DNA from: an uncultured Acidobacteriota bacterium | Lineage (GTDB): Bacteria; Acidobacteriota; Vicinamibacteria; Fen-336 | Reading direction: 5' to 3' | Length of the DNA: 64,000 bases | Assembly (NCBI GenBank): GCA_963847655.1 | Contig: CAWKAS010000005.1 | Coordinates: forward strand, 364,319 to 428,318 | In this document: in pieces, positions 30,538-40,054 of the stretch | Layout of the letters: every line of letters begins with the position of its first letter | Numbering within the stretch: the first letter of the stretch is position 1 | Program-made: the position numbers and the translations under genes | Notes under the pieces: generated by a model | What the model was told of the DNA's origin: nothing | Databases searched by the model: none | The model's input: only the letters and a program-made list of their open reading frames with translations

Positions 30538-31008
30538 ATGCCCAAGCTGAAGGCCTCCGGGAAGAAGGCCGTGAAGAAGAAGACGGGACCGCAGCGGACC
30601 CAGGAGATGGTCGACGCCATGAGGCAGTGGCAGGGGATCGAGCGCGACGCGATCGACACCTGCACCGAGCTCATGGAGAAGAGCGACAACCTCCTCGTGC
30701 GCCAGATCATGGAGATCATCCGCAACGACTCCGTGCAGCACCACCGTGTGCAGCAGTTCATCATCGACAGCCTCACGTCGACCCCGGTGCACCTGAGGCC
30801 CGAGGATCTCGCCGTCATCTGGGACGAGATCGAGAAGCACGACGCCGTCGAGAGGGAGACGATCAAGCTCGGGAAGGAGCTGGCCAAGGACTGCCCCTTC
30901 TTCGTTCAGAAGACCCTGCTCGACTACCTGATCTACGACGAGGAGAAGCACGACAAGCTCCTCGGCGAGCTCGAGAAGTTCAAGAAGAACCTGTATCCGT
31001 ACGCCTAG
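30538..31008 (+). CDS. ferritin/rubrerythrin-like four-helix protein
   Basis: Duplicated E..D/ExxH pattern: GIERD, RNDSVQH, AVERE, DEEKH. Confidence 0.7.
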   Translation: MPKLKASGKKAVKKKTGPQRTQEMVDAMRQWQGIERDAIDTCTELMEKSDNLLVRQIMEIIRNDSVQHHRVQQFIIDSLTSTPVHLRPEDLAVIWDEIEKHDAVERETIKLGKELAKDCPFFVQKTLLDYLIYDEEKHDKLLGELEKFKKNLYPYA

Positions 31009-31053
31009 CCCACGCCACGACCAACGGGGACGAAGCACGAGGAGGCCACTGAG

Positions 31054-32787
31054 ATGGGACTGTTGAAGAAGAAGAAGGACGCCGAGCCCTTCAAGGCCCG
31101 TTCCACCGGGGGCGGCGGCTCGCCCTCCGAGATCTCCTCGCTTCGTCCCCAGGCCGTGGAGAAGCTGCCCCCCTGCACCGGCCACTGCCCCAGCGGCAAC
31201 GACATCCGCGGCTGGCTGACCACCATCGCCCAGCGCGAGAAGATCGGGCTGAGCCTGGAGGAGGCCTGCGACGCCGCGTTCTACCTCGAGGTCGAGACCA
31301 ACCCGTTCCCGTCGGTCATGGGACGGGTGTGCCCGCACCCGTGCGAAGCGGAGTGCAACCGGAAGGAGAAGGACGGGGCGGTCGACATCAACTCCGTGGA
31401 GCGCTTCATCGGCGATTGGGGCATCGAGCGCAAGCTGGCCCTCAAGCCTCTCGACGAAGGCAGCGGTCCCTACGAGGAGAAGATCGCGGTGGTCGGCTCG
31501 GGCCCCTCGGGAATGTCCTGCGCCTACCAGCTGGCCCGGCGCGGGTACAAGGTCACGGTCTTCGAGGCCTTCGAGAAGCCCGGCGGGATGCTCCGCTACG
31601 GGATCCCCCAGTACCGTCTGCCGCGCCACATCATCGACGCCGAGGTCCGGCGCATCCTCGACCTGGGTGTCGAGCTGAAGACGGGGACGACGATCGGCAA
31701 GGACGTCACCCTCGAGGACCTGAAGAAGGACTACGCCGCGGTCTTCGTGGGCATCGGTGCCCACAAGGGCAAGACCATGGGGCTCCCCGGAGAGGAGGGC
31801 CCCGGCGTCTTCACCGGGACCGAGTTCCTCAACAAGGCCAACAGCGGCGAGACGGTAGATCTGGGACACAAGGTGGTGATCGTGGGCGGCGGCGACACCG
31901 CCATCGACGCCGCCCGGGTGTCGCTCCGCCTCAGCTCGGATGCCGCCAGCATGTCCCGCCGACTGGGGGCCGAGGTCACGATCCTCTATCGTCGGACCCG
32001 GGCGGAGATGCCGGCGATCGCGCGCGAGATCGAGGAGGCCCTCGAGGAGGGCATCAAGATCGAGTTCCTGGCCGCCCCCGCCCGCATCGAGAGAGGCGCC
32101 GACGGCAAGATCGGCAAGCTGTCGGTGCAGCGCATGGAGCTCGGCGAGCCCGACGACTCGGGCCGGCGCCGCCCCGTTCCCATCGAAGGCGACGTCTACG
32201 ACATGGAGGCGGACTCGGTCATCATGGCCGTCAGCCAGGCCCCTGACTGGTCCACCCTCGGCGCCATCGAGACGAAGGGCTCCTGGCTCGACGTGGACGA
32301 GTGGGGGCGCACCGCCATCGAGGGTGTCTGGTCCGGCGGCGACACCCTGGCCCTGGGCCTGGCCACGATCTCGATCGGGCAGGGCCGCAAGGCCGCCGAG
32401 AGCATCCACGCCCAGCTGCGGGGACAGACCCCGCGGCCGTGGTCGTCCAAGCCCACGATCGGCCCCGAGCGGATCAAGATGGACTACTACGACGAGAAGC
32501 CCCGGGCGGAGCGGAAGGTCCTGTCCGCCGAGGAGCGGCTGGCGAAGCCCATGGACGAGGTCGATCTCGGCATCACTCAGGAGGCCGCCCTCGAGGAGAC
32601 CACCCGCTGCTTCAGCTGCGGGAACTGCTTCGGCTGCGAGCGCTGTTGGATGTACTGCCAGACCAACGTCTTCAAGAAGATCCCACAGCCCACCCAGGGC
32701 CACTACTACAAGATCGACCTGAGCACCTGCGACGGCTGCAAGAAGTGCGGCCCGGAGTGCCCCTGCGGCTTCCTGGACCTCGTGTAG
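31054..32787 (+). CDS. dsrL: DsrL Fe-S flavoprotein (DsrL-2 type)
   Basis: PPCTGHCP, MGRVCPHPCE, GSGPSG, GGGDTAID, YRR, C-terminal ferredoxin CDGCKKC..ECPCG; dsr context. Confidence 0.9.
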   Translation: MGLLKKKKDAEPFKARSTGGGGSPSEISSLRPQAVEKLPPCTGHCPSGNDIRGWLTTIAQREKIGLSLEEACDAAFYLEVETNPFPSVMGRVCPHPCEAECNRKEKDGAVDINSVERFIGDWGIERKLALKPLDEGSGPYEEKIAVVGSGPSGMSCAYQLARRGYKVTVFEAFEKPGGMLRYGIPQYRLPRHIIDAEVRRILDLGVELKTGTTIGKDVTLEDLKKDYAAVFVGIGAHKGKTMGLPGEEGPGVFTGTEFLNKANSGETVDLGHKVVIVGGGDTAIDAARVSLRLSSDAASMSRRLGAEVTILYRRTRAEMPAIAREIEEALEEGIKIEFLAAPARIERGADGKIGKLSVQRMELGEPDDSGRRRPVPIEGDVYDMEADSVIMAVSQAPDWSTLGAIETKGSWLDVDEWGRTAIEGVWSGGDTLALGLATISIGQGRKAAESIHAQLRGQTPRPWSSKPTIGPERIKMDYYDEKPRAERKVLSAEERLAKPMDEVDLGITQEAALEETTRCFSCGNCFGCERCWMYCQTNVFKKIPQPTQGHYYKIDLSTCDGCKKCGPECPCGFLDLV

Positions 32788-32814
32788 ATGGTCCAGAGAA
32801 GGGATGGCCGCTGA

Positions 32815-34212
32815 GTGCGCTTCACCACGCCCCGCCTCGTCGTCGCCGGCCTCTCGGGTGACAGTGGGAAGACACTCGTCACGCTGGGAATCGCCTCCGC
32901 CCTCCGGCAGCGCGGTGTCGTCGTGGCCCCCTTCAAGAAGGGGCCCGACTACATCGACGCGGCGTGGCTGGGGGCGGCCACCGGGAGACCGGGCCGGAAC
33001 CTCGACACCTTTCTTCAGGGCCCCGAGGCCCTGGGGGCGATCCTGGCCCGCGGGGCCTCGGCCGGTCTCGCGCTGATCGAGGGCAACCGCGGTCTCTTCG
33101 ACGGCCTCGACGCCGCGGGCACCCACTCCACGGCGGAGCTGGCGAAGCGGCTCGCGGCCCCGGTGGTTCTCGTCGTCGACGTCACGAAGACGACGCGCAC
33201 GGTGGCGGCCATGGTGCTCGGATGCCGGGCCCTCGACCCCGACGTCCCCCTGGCCGGGGTGGTGCTCAACCGGGTCGCCACCGCGCGCCAGGAGCGCGTG
33301 ATCCGCGAGGCCCTCGCGCGGGCGGGCGGCCCCAGGGTGCTGGGCGCGGTTCCCCGCGTGGGGGACGACCCCCTCCCCGGCCGGCACCTGGGCCTGGTCA
33401 CCGCCGCCGAGCACGCGTCGACCCAGGAGGCCATCGCCGCCGCCGCTCGACTCGCCGAGGCCCACATCGACCTCGAGGCGCTCCTGGAGATCGCCGGCCG
33501 GGCGCGGGCGGTGGAGCTCCCGGACCGCGAGCCCCCGGCCCGAGCCGAAGGGGTCCGGATCGGCGTCCTCCGGGACGAGGCATTCAGCTTCTACTATCCC
33601 GAGAACCTGGAGACGCTGGAGGAGCTGGGGGCCGAGCTCGTGCCCTTCGCGGCGCTCGCCGGCGACACCCTGCCCGCGGTGGACGCCCTGTACGTGGGCG
33701 GCGGCTTCCCCGAGCTCTACGCGGCGGACCTGGCCGCCAACCGCAGGCTCAAGGAGTCCCTGCGCGCCGCGGTCGCCGGCGGGCTGCCGGTGTACGCGGA
33801 GTGCGGCGGCCTGATGTACCTGGCCCGGGAGCTCGTCACCGACGGCGTCTCCCATCCGATGGTGGGGATCCTGGACCTGGTGGTCGAGCAGACCACGCGG
33901 CCCCACGGACACGGCTATGCCGAGGGCACCGTGGACCGGGCGAATCCCTTCTTCGAGAGCGGGTCCCGGCTTCGTGGTCACGAGTTCCACTACTCCCGTC
34001 CCCGGGGCGGGGCCGACCGGGCGGTGACCGTCGTCGGTCTCGAGCGGGGCACGGGCGTGGGCGAGGGGCGCGACGGCATCGTCACCGGGCGCGTCTGGGC
34101 CTCGTATCTGCACCTGCACGCCCTCGGAACCCCGGCGTGGGCGCCGGCCCTGGTGGACCTGGCGCGGTCCTACCGGCGCGAGAGATCGGAGATCTCGGCC
34201 GCATGCGGCTGA
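32815..34212 (+). CDS. dsrN: siroheme/cobyrinate a,c-diamide synthase (DsrN)
   Basis: GDSGKT, FKKGPDYID, EGNRGLFDG, AFSFYY, YAECGGLMYL, GHEFHYS. Confidence 0.9.
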   Translation: MRFTTPRLVVAGLSGDSGKTLVTLGIASALRQRGVVVAPFKKGPDYIDAAWLGAATGRPGRNLDTFLQGPEALGAILARGASAGLALIEGNRGLFDGLDAAGTHSTAELAKRLAAPVVLVVDVTKTTRTVAAMVLGCRALDPDVPLAGVVLNRVATARQERVIREALARAGGPRVLGAVPRVGDDPLPGRHLGLVTAAEHASTQEAIAAAARLAEAHIDLEALLEIAGRARAVELPDREPPARAEGVRIGVLRDEAFSFYYPENLETLEELGAELVPFAALAGDTLPAVDALYVGGGFPELYAADLAANRRLKESLRAAVAGGLPVYAECGGLMYLARELVTDGVSHPMVGILDLVVEQTTRPHGHGYAEGTVDRANPFFESGSRLRGHEFHYSRPRGGADRAVTVVGLERGTGVGEGRDGIVTGRVWASYLHLHALGTPAWAPALVDLARSYRRERSEISAACG

Positions 34213-34718
34213 GCGAGGAGGTCAGGGATTTGTTGCGGCGGGGTCGAGAGACGGAGCTGGTGGATCGGGTGGTCTCGGACGCCCGGGTGGTCCGGCCGCT
34301 GCTGGCCCGACTCTACGACCCGGAGGACGACGTTCGCGACCGTGCCGCCCGGGTGCTGGGCCACGCGGCCGCGGCTCACTCCGAGCTGGGCCGCGACGTC
34401 GCCCGGCGCCTCGTCTGGGCCCTCAACGACGAGTCGGCCACGAACGGGGTCCACGCCATCCCGGCCCTGGGCCAGATCGGCCGACGGGCACCGGAGCTCG
34501 TTGCCGCCCACGTCCCGGCTCTCGCGCGCATGTCGTGGGACCACGGCCTGCGCCTCGCCATCCTCGAGGCGCTGGCCGAGGTGGCCCGAGCCGCCCCCGA
34601 CCTCGTCGCGCCAGAGCTCGAGGCGATCGGGCCTCGGATCGACGTCTCCCGGCCCGAGGAGGACGCGGCCTGGCGAAAGCTCAACGACGCGGTCAGAGGA
34701 GACGCGACCCATGAGTGA
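34203..34718 (+). CDS. HEAT-repeat protein (DVU0298-like)
   Basis: RRLVWALNDES, helical repeats; overlaps both neighbours. Confidence 0.7.
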   Translation: MRLSEEVRDLLRRGRETELVDRVVSDARVVRPLLARLYDPEDDVRDRAARVLGHAAAAHSELGRDVARRLVWALNDESATNGVHAIPALGQIGRRAPELVAAHVPALARMSWDHGLRLAILEALAEVARAAPDLVAPELEAIGPRIDVSRPEEDAAWRKLNDAVRGDATHE

Positions 34719-35298
34719 CGAAAGCAGACAGGACCGCGTCGCCCGGTGGCAGAGGCGGGTCGAGGAGGCCCCGGACTCGGCGGCAGCCCACTTCAACCTC
34801 GGCCTGGCCCACACCGAGCGTGGACGCATGCTCGAGGCCGAGAAGGCCTACCGCCGGGCGGTCGAGCTCGACCCGGAGCTGGTCCAGGCCTGGGTGAACC
34901 TCGGGGGCGCCCTCCTGATGAAGTGGGACTTCCAGGGCTGCCTCGAGGCCAACCAGGAAGCCGTCCGGCGGAAGGGTGACCTCGTCGAGGCCCACTACAA
35001 CATGGGACAGGCGTACCTCTACCTGAAGAACGCCCCGCAGCTGGTTCGCTGCAACCGTCGGGTGCTGGAGCTCCAGCAGAATCACCCTGCCGCCCACTAC
35101 TTCCTGGCGGTGGGGCTTCTCGCGACCGACCAGGTCGCCGAGGCCCGTGCCGAGTGCGCCCGCGCCGCGAGCCTCGGCTACCAGCCCCGACCCGAGTTTC
35201 TCAAGAGTCTCGACCGCGCCGAGGAGGCGCTGGTCCGGAAGGTCAACATGAACGCTCCCCCCGAGGCCCCGGCTGAGGGCGGCGCAAAGGAGGAATGA
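34711..35298 (+). CDS. tetratricopeptide repeat protein
   Basis: AHFNLG, AWVNLG, AHYNMG, AHYFLA repeats. Confidence 0.85.
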   Translation: MSDESRQDRVARWQRRVEEAPDSAAAHFNLGLAHTERGRMLEAEKAYRRAVELDPELVQAWVNLGGALLMKWDFQGCLEANQEAVRRKGDLVEAHYNMGQAYLYLKNAPQLVRCNRRVLELQQNHPAAHYFLAVGLLATDQVAEARAECARAASLGYQPRPEFLKSLDRAEEALVRKVNMNAPPEAPAEGGAKEE

Positions 35299-35300
35299 CA

Positions 35301-35618
35301 ATGCCCACCTTCACTCACGGAGAGGTCGCCATCGAAGTCGACGAGGACGGCTTCATGCAGGAGCCGGACAACTGGAACGAGACGGTCGCGGCCGCCATCG
35401 CCACCACGGAGGGCGTCGAAGGCCTCACCGAGGAGCACTGGAAGGTCGTCAACTACCTGCGCGACTACTACCTGAAGTTCGGCGTCGCTCCGATGATCCG
35501 CAAGCTCTGCAAGGAGACCGGGTTCAAGCTCAACAAGATCTACGAGCTCTTCCCGTCCGGTCCGGCCAAGGGCGCCTGCAAGGTGGCAGGCCTCCCCAAG
35601 CCCACCGGCTGCGTCTAG
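35301..35618 (+). CDS. dsrC: DsrC sulfur carrier
   Basis: DEDGF, LTEEHW, LFPSGPAKGACKVAGLPKPTGCV with both C-terminal Cys. Confidence 0.97.
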   Translation: MPTFTHGEVAIEVDEDGFMQEPDNWNETVAAAIATTEGVEGLTEEHWKVVNYLRDYYLKFGVAPMIRKLCKETGFKLNKIYELFPSGPAKGACKVAGLPKPTGCV

Positions 35619-35709
35619 CTTCGCCGGGCTCAGGCGAGGGCGAACCCGGGGGTCGGCGTGGCCCCCGAAGCCTCGCCGAAACCCGGTCGTCTGTTCGCTC
35701 GAGCGTCAG

Positions 35710-36258
35710 ATGACGTCTCAAGATCTCGTCCTGCGTGACGTGCTCCAGGCCCACCGGTCGGAGGCCCTTGACCTGTGGCGCAGCCTGGTCCTCGATTCCT
35801 ACCCCGAGGAGGCGGCCCGCTTCTTCCGCAAGGAGAAGGACCGCTTCAAGAACCCCGTCGGCCAGTCGATTCACCGGGCGACCGAGACCATCTTCGATGG
35901 GGTACTCCTGGAGCGGAGCGCGGAGGGCGTCCCCGAGGCCCTCGAGGCCCTCGTGCGCATCCGCGCCGTCCAGGACTTCTCGCCGTCCGAGGCCGTGGCC
36001 TTCGTCTTCCTGCTCAAGCGCGCGGTGCGTGAGGCGCTTCAAGAGCCCTCGGCGAGCACCGCCGTCCTCTCGGACCTCGATTCGCGGGTGGACGGCCTGG
36101 CCCTGGCCGCCTTCGAAACCTACACGCGCTGCCGGGAGGAGCTCTTCGAGATCCGCCTGCGGTCGTCGCAACGCCGGGTGGCCGTCCTGCTCGAGCGCTA
36201 CGGACGGGAGGTCCCCGAGGACGAGCCCCGGGACACCGAGGATGAACCCGCCGGATGA
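35710..36258 (+). CDS. dsrT: DsrT (RsbRD N-terminal domain)
   Basis: KDRFKNPVG, IRAVQDFSPSEAVAFVF, AFETY..CRE. Confidence 0.9.
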   Translation: MTSQDLVLRDVLQAHRSEALDLWRSLVLDSYPEEAARFFRKEKDRFKNPVGQSIHRATETIFDGVLLERSAEGVPEALEALVRIRAVQDFSPSEAVAFVFLLKRAVREALQEPSASTAVLSDLDSRVDGLALAAFETYTRCREELFEIRLRSSQRRVAVLLERYGREVPEDEPRDTEDEPAG

Positions 36259-36271
36259 AGGGAGTTCGAAC

Positions 36272-37264
36272 ATGAACGGCCTTTCCGCATTGATCGTCGT
36301 CGCCGTGCTGCTCGGAGCCGTCTGGATGGGGGTCGGGGTGGCCGGGCTGGAGTCGCTCTTCGGGGTCGTCATCCCCTACGCGGCCATCACCGTATTCCTG
36401 CTCGGCCTCGTCTACCGGATCCTGCGCTGGGCCCGGGCGCCGGTCCCGTTCAAGATCACGTCGTCGAGCGGGCAGCAGACGTCGCTGCCGTGGATTACCC
36501 CCGAGAGGCTCGAGAGCCCGCCCGACGCGAAGTGGACGGTCGGTCGGATGGCGCTCGAGATCCTCGTCTTCCGGTCCCTCTTCCGGAACACGAGGGCCTC
36601 GCTCACCTCCGGGCAGAAGCTGGTCCATCAGTCGGATCGGCTCCTCTGGCTCGGAGCCCTGGCCTTCCACTGGAGCTTCCTGATCATCTTTCTCCGGCAC
36701 CTGCGCTTCTTCCTGGAGCCGGTCCCCGCCTTCGTCCAGGGGCTGGAGCGTATCGACGAGCTCTTCCAGGTCGCGGTGCCCTCTCTCTTCCTCACGGACG
36801 TGGTCATCGTTCTTTCGCTGCTCTACCTCCTGGGACGCCGCTTCTTCAACCCGCTGGTGCGCTACATCTCCCTCACCGCCGACTACCTCGCCCTCTACCT
36901 GCTGCTCGCGGTGGCCCTCTCCGGAATCCTCATGCGCTACTTCACCAGGGTCGATCTCCTGGCCGCCAAGCAACTCGCGCTGGGCCTCGTCACTCTCCGG
37001 CCCGCCACGCCCGAGGGCCTCGGTCTCGCCTTCTACGTCCACGTCTTCTTCGTCAGCGTCCTCTTCGCCTACTTCCCCTTCAGCAAGCTGATGCACCTGG
37101 GCGGTGTCTTCCTGAGCCCCACCCGGAACATGCCGAACGACAACCGGCGGCGCCGCCACGTGAACCCCATCAACCCGGAGGTGGAGGTTCACACCTACGC
37201 GCAGTGGGAAGAGGAGTTCAGGGACAAGCTGGAGGCAGCGGGAATCCCACTCGACAGGGGCTAA
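36272..37264 (+). CDS. dsrM: DsrM membrane cytochrome b
   Basis: GQQTSLPW, FRSLFRN, FHWSF..RHLR, YFPFSKLMH, SPTRN. Confidence 0.95.
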   Translation: MNGLSALIVVAVLLGAVWMGVGVAGLESLFGVVIPYAAITVFLLGLVYRILRWARAPVPFKITSSSGQQTSLPWITPERLESPPDAKWTVGRMALEILVFRSLFRNTRASLTSGQKLVHQSDRLLWLGALAFHWSFLIIFLRHLRFFLEPVPAFVQGLERIDELFQVAVPSLFLTDVVIVLSLLYLLGRRFFNPLVRYISLTADYLALYLLLAVALSGILMRYFTRVDLLAAKQLALGLVTLRPATPEGLGLAFYVHVFFVSVLFAYFPFSKLMHLGGVFLSPTRNMPNDNRRRRHVNPINPEVEVHTYAQWEEEFRDKLEAAGIPLDRG

Positions 37265-37268
37265 CGAC

Positions 37269-38894
37269 ATGACTACCAAGACACCCGAAGAGCTGCTGCA
37301 GATCACCTACCGCCCGCCCGCACGCGACTGGCGGGATCCCCACGTGGACTTCGAGGCGCGAAAGGGTTCGTGGAACTACCCCGGCGCCGCGAAGAACCTG
37401 AAGTACATGGGCTTCCCCAACCCGCGAGAGTGGTCGCCCGTCGACGACGACTGGAAGCTGCCCGACAACTGGAAGGAGGTCATCCAGAAGGGCTTCAAGG
37501 AGCGCCTGGGCCGCTACCGCTCCCTCCAGGTCTTCCTCGACACCTGCGTCCGCTGCGGGGCCTGCGCCGACAAGTGCCACTTCTTCCTGGGCTCCGGGGA
37601 TCCCAAGAACATGCCGGTGCTCCGGGCGGAGCTGCTGCGGTCCATCTATCGCAACGACTTCACCCTGGCCGGCAGGATCCTGGGCAGCCTGGCCGGGGGT
37701 CGGGAGCTCACCAAGGAGGTGCTGAAGGAGTGGTACTACTACTTCTACCAGTGCACCGAGTGCCGGCGGTGCTCGGTCTTCTGCCCCTACGGGATCGACA
37801 CCGCCGAGATCACCGCCTTCGCCCGCGAGCTCATGAACCTCGTGGGGCTGAACATCAACTGGGTCATGGAGCCGGTGGCCAACTGCCAGCGCACCGGCAA
37901 CCACATGGGGATCCAGCCCCACACCTTCAAGGACAACGTCGACTTCCTGGCGGACGAGCTGCAGGAGGTCACCGGGATCAAGGTCAACCCCAGCATCAAC
38001 CGCAAGGGCGCGGAGATCCTGTTCGTCATCCCCTCCGCCGACTACTTCGCCGACCCGGGCATCTACACCTTCATGGGGTACCTGCTCCTCTTCGAGCACC
38101 TCGGCCTCGACTACTCCCTGAGCGCCTACGCCTCGGAGGGCGGCAACTTCGGGCTCTTCACCTCCCACGAGACCATCAAGCGGCTCAACTACAAGATCTA
38201 CGCGGAGGCGAAGCGCCTGGGAGTGAAGTGGATTCTCGGCGGGGAGTGCGGCCACATGTGGCGGGTGGTCCACCAGTACATGGACACCATGAACGGCCCG
38301 GCCGACTTCCTGGAGGAGCCAGTCTCGCCGCTCACCGGGACGCACTTCGAGAACGCCGTCTCCACCAGGATGGTCCACATCTGCGAGTTCACCTCCGACC
38401 TCATCCAGCACGGCAAGCTGAAGCTCGACCCGAGCCGCAACGATCACCGCCGGGTCACCTTCCACGACTCGTGCAACCCGGCCCGAGCGGTGGGGCTGCT
38501 GGAAGAGCCGCGGCACGTCCTGCGCACGGTCTGCAACCACTTCTACGAGATGCCCGAGAACACCATTCGGGAGGAGACCTTCTGCTGCGCCGGAGGCGCC
38601 GGTCTGGGCAACGACGAGAACATCGAGATGCGCATGCGCGGTGGACTGCCGCGGGGCAACGCCTTGCGCCACGTTCGCGACGAGCACGGGGTCAACCTCA
38701 TGGCCTGCATCTGCGCCATCGACCGGGCGACGCTCCCGCCCCTGGCGGAGTACTGGGCGCCCGGGGTCGAGATCTCCGGTGTCCACGAGCTCGTGGCCAA
38801 CGCCCTGGTGATGGAGGGCGAGAAGGACCGCAAGACCGACCTGCGGGGCGACCCGCTGGCGGGCATGAAGGCCACGGAGGACGACAATGTATGA
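37269..38894 (+). CDS. dsrK: DsrK
   Basis: CVRCGACADKC, CTECRRCSVFCP, GECGHMWR, FHDSCN, CCAGG. Confidence 0.95.
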   Translation: MTTKTPEELLQITYRPPARDWRDPHVDFEARKGSWNYPGAAKNLKYMGFPNPREWSPVDDDWKLPDNWKEVIQKGFKERLGRYRSLQVFLDTCVRCGACADKCHFFLGSGDPKNMPVLRAELLRSIYRNDFTLAGRILGSLAGGRELTKEVLKEWYYYFYQCTECRRCSVFCPYGIDTAEITAFARELMNLVGLNINWVMEPVANCQRTGNHMGIQPHTFKDNVDFLADELQEVTGIKVNPSINRKGAEILFVIPSADYFADPGIYTFMGYLLLFEHLGLDYSLSAYASEGGNFGLFTSHETIKRLNYKIYAEAKRLGVKWILGGECGHMWRVVHQYMDTMNGPADFLEEPVSPLTGTHFENAVSTRMVHICEFTSDLIQHGKLKLDPSRNDHRRVTFHDSCNPARAVGLLEEPRHVLRTVCNHFYEMPENTIREETFCCAGGAGLGNDENIEMRMRGGLPRGNALRHVRDEHGVNLMACICAIDRATLPPLAEYWAPGVEISGVHELVANALVMEGEKDRKTDLRGDPLAGMKATEDDNV

Positions 38895-39270
38895 CGCCGG
38901 CAAGATCATCCCGGGGCTGGTCCTCTTCCTGGCTCTGGCCACCGCCCCCATCTGGTACAACGTCGCGAGCGGCAGCGAGGCGAACGCCCCCGAGATCGAG
39001 AAACCCCGGGGCGAGACCCGGTGCGTGGCCGATACGGAGTTCATGCGTCGCGAGCACATGCAGCTGCTCAACGACTGGCGCGACGAGGTCGTCCGCAGCG
39101 GCGAGCGCGTCTACGTCACCGCCGACGGGCGCCGGTACGACAAGAGCCTGACCCGGACCTGCCTGGGCTGTCACCAGAGCAAGGCCAACTCGTGCGACCG
39201 CTGCCACGACTACCTGGACGTGAAGCCCTACTGCTGGCAGTGCCACGTCGATCCGAAAGGGGGCCTCTAG
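38887..39270 (+). CDS. dsrJ: DsrJ triheme cytochrome c
   Basis: CV...MRREHMQLL, CLGCH, CDRCH, CWQCH. Confidence 0.95.
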   Translation: MYDAGKIIPGLVLFLALATAPIWYNVASGSEANAPEIEKPRGETRCVADTEFMRREHMQLLNDWRDEVVRSGERVYVTADGRRYDKSLTRTCLGCHQSKANSCDRCHDYLDVKPYCWQCHVDPKGGL

Positions 39271-40047
39271 ATGTCAGTGAACAGGAGGCGGTTCTTCCAG
39301 CTCACCGGGGCCACCGCCCTCGGCGTCGCCGGCACCCGGGTGCTCCCGGCGGGGGGCCAGGAACGGCCCTCGGGGCCGGCGAGGCCGGCCGAGAGGCCCC
39401 TGGTCGGCAAGCGCTGGGCCATGGCCATCGACGTCGCGAAGTGCCGCGAGGAGACGGACTGCAGGGATTGCATCGCCGCCTGCGACAAGGCCCACAACGT
39501 GCCGCACTTCGACAACCCCAAGGACGAGGTCAAGTGGATCTGGAAGGAGCCGTTCGAGGAGGCGCTCCAGGATCAGAGCAGCGCCTTCCAGGCCGAGCAC
39601 ATCCAGCACGCCCACGTCCTGGTGTTCTGCAACCACTGCGACCAGCCGCCCTGCACGAAGGTGTGCCCGACCGGCGCCACCTGGAAGCGGGAGGACGGCG
39701 TGGTGATGATGGACTGGCACCGCTGCATCGGGTGCCGGTACTGCGTCGCCGGCTGTCCCTACGGCTCGCGAAGCTTCAACTGGCGCGATCCCCGTCCCCA
39801 CATCGACGAGGTCAACCCCGACTTCCCCACCCGCACCCGCGGCGTGGTGGAAAAGTGCAACTTCTGTGAGGAGCGGCTGGGCCGGGGTGAGATGCCCGCG
39901 TGCGTCGTCGCCTGCAAGGGCCAGGCCCTGGTCTTCGGCGACCTCGAGGACCCGGAGTCCGACATCCGGAGGGTCCTGCGGGAGCGGCCCTCGGTGCGGC
40001 GCAAGGTCGCCCTGGGGACCCAGCCCGACGTCTTCTACCTTCTGTGA
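39271..40047 (+). CDS. dsrO: DsrO periplasmic Fe-S protein
   Basis: Tat NRRRFF, CNHCDQPPC, CIGCRYC, VEKCNFC. Confidence 0.95.
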   Translation: MSVNRRRFFQLTGATALGVAGTRVLPAGGQERPSGPARPAERPLVGKRWAMAIDVAKCREETDCRDCIAACDKAHNVPHFDNPKDEVKWIWKEPFEEALQDQSSAFQAEHIQHAHVLVFCNHCDQPPCTKVCPTGATWKREDGVVMMDWHRCIGCRYCVAGCPYGSRSFNWRDPRPHIDEVNPDFPTRTRGVVEKCNFCEERLGRGEMPACVVACKGQALVFGDLEDPESDIRRVLRERPSVRRKVALGTQPDVFYLL

Positions 40048-40054
40048 GGCACCC

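Noticed and set aside
30178-34119. 1313-aa antisense ORF and many other long overlapping ORFs (e.g. 64-1719, 3149-5347, 11096-13327)
   Set aside because: Shadow frames of high-GC3 genes; no motifs, and fully overlapping well-supported CDSs.
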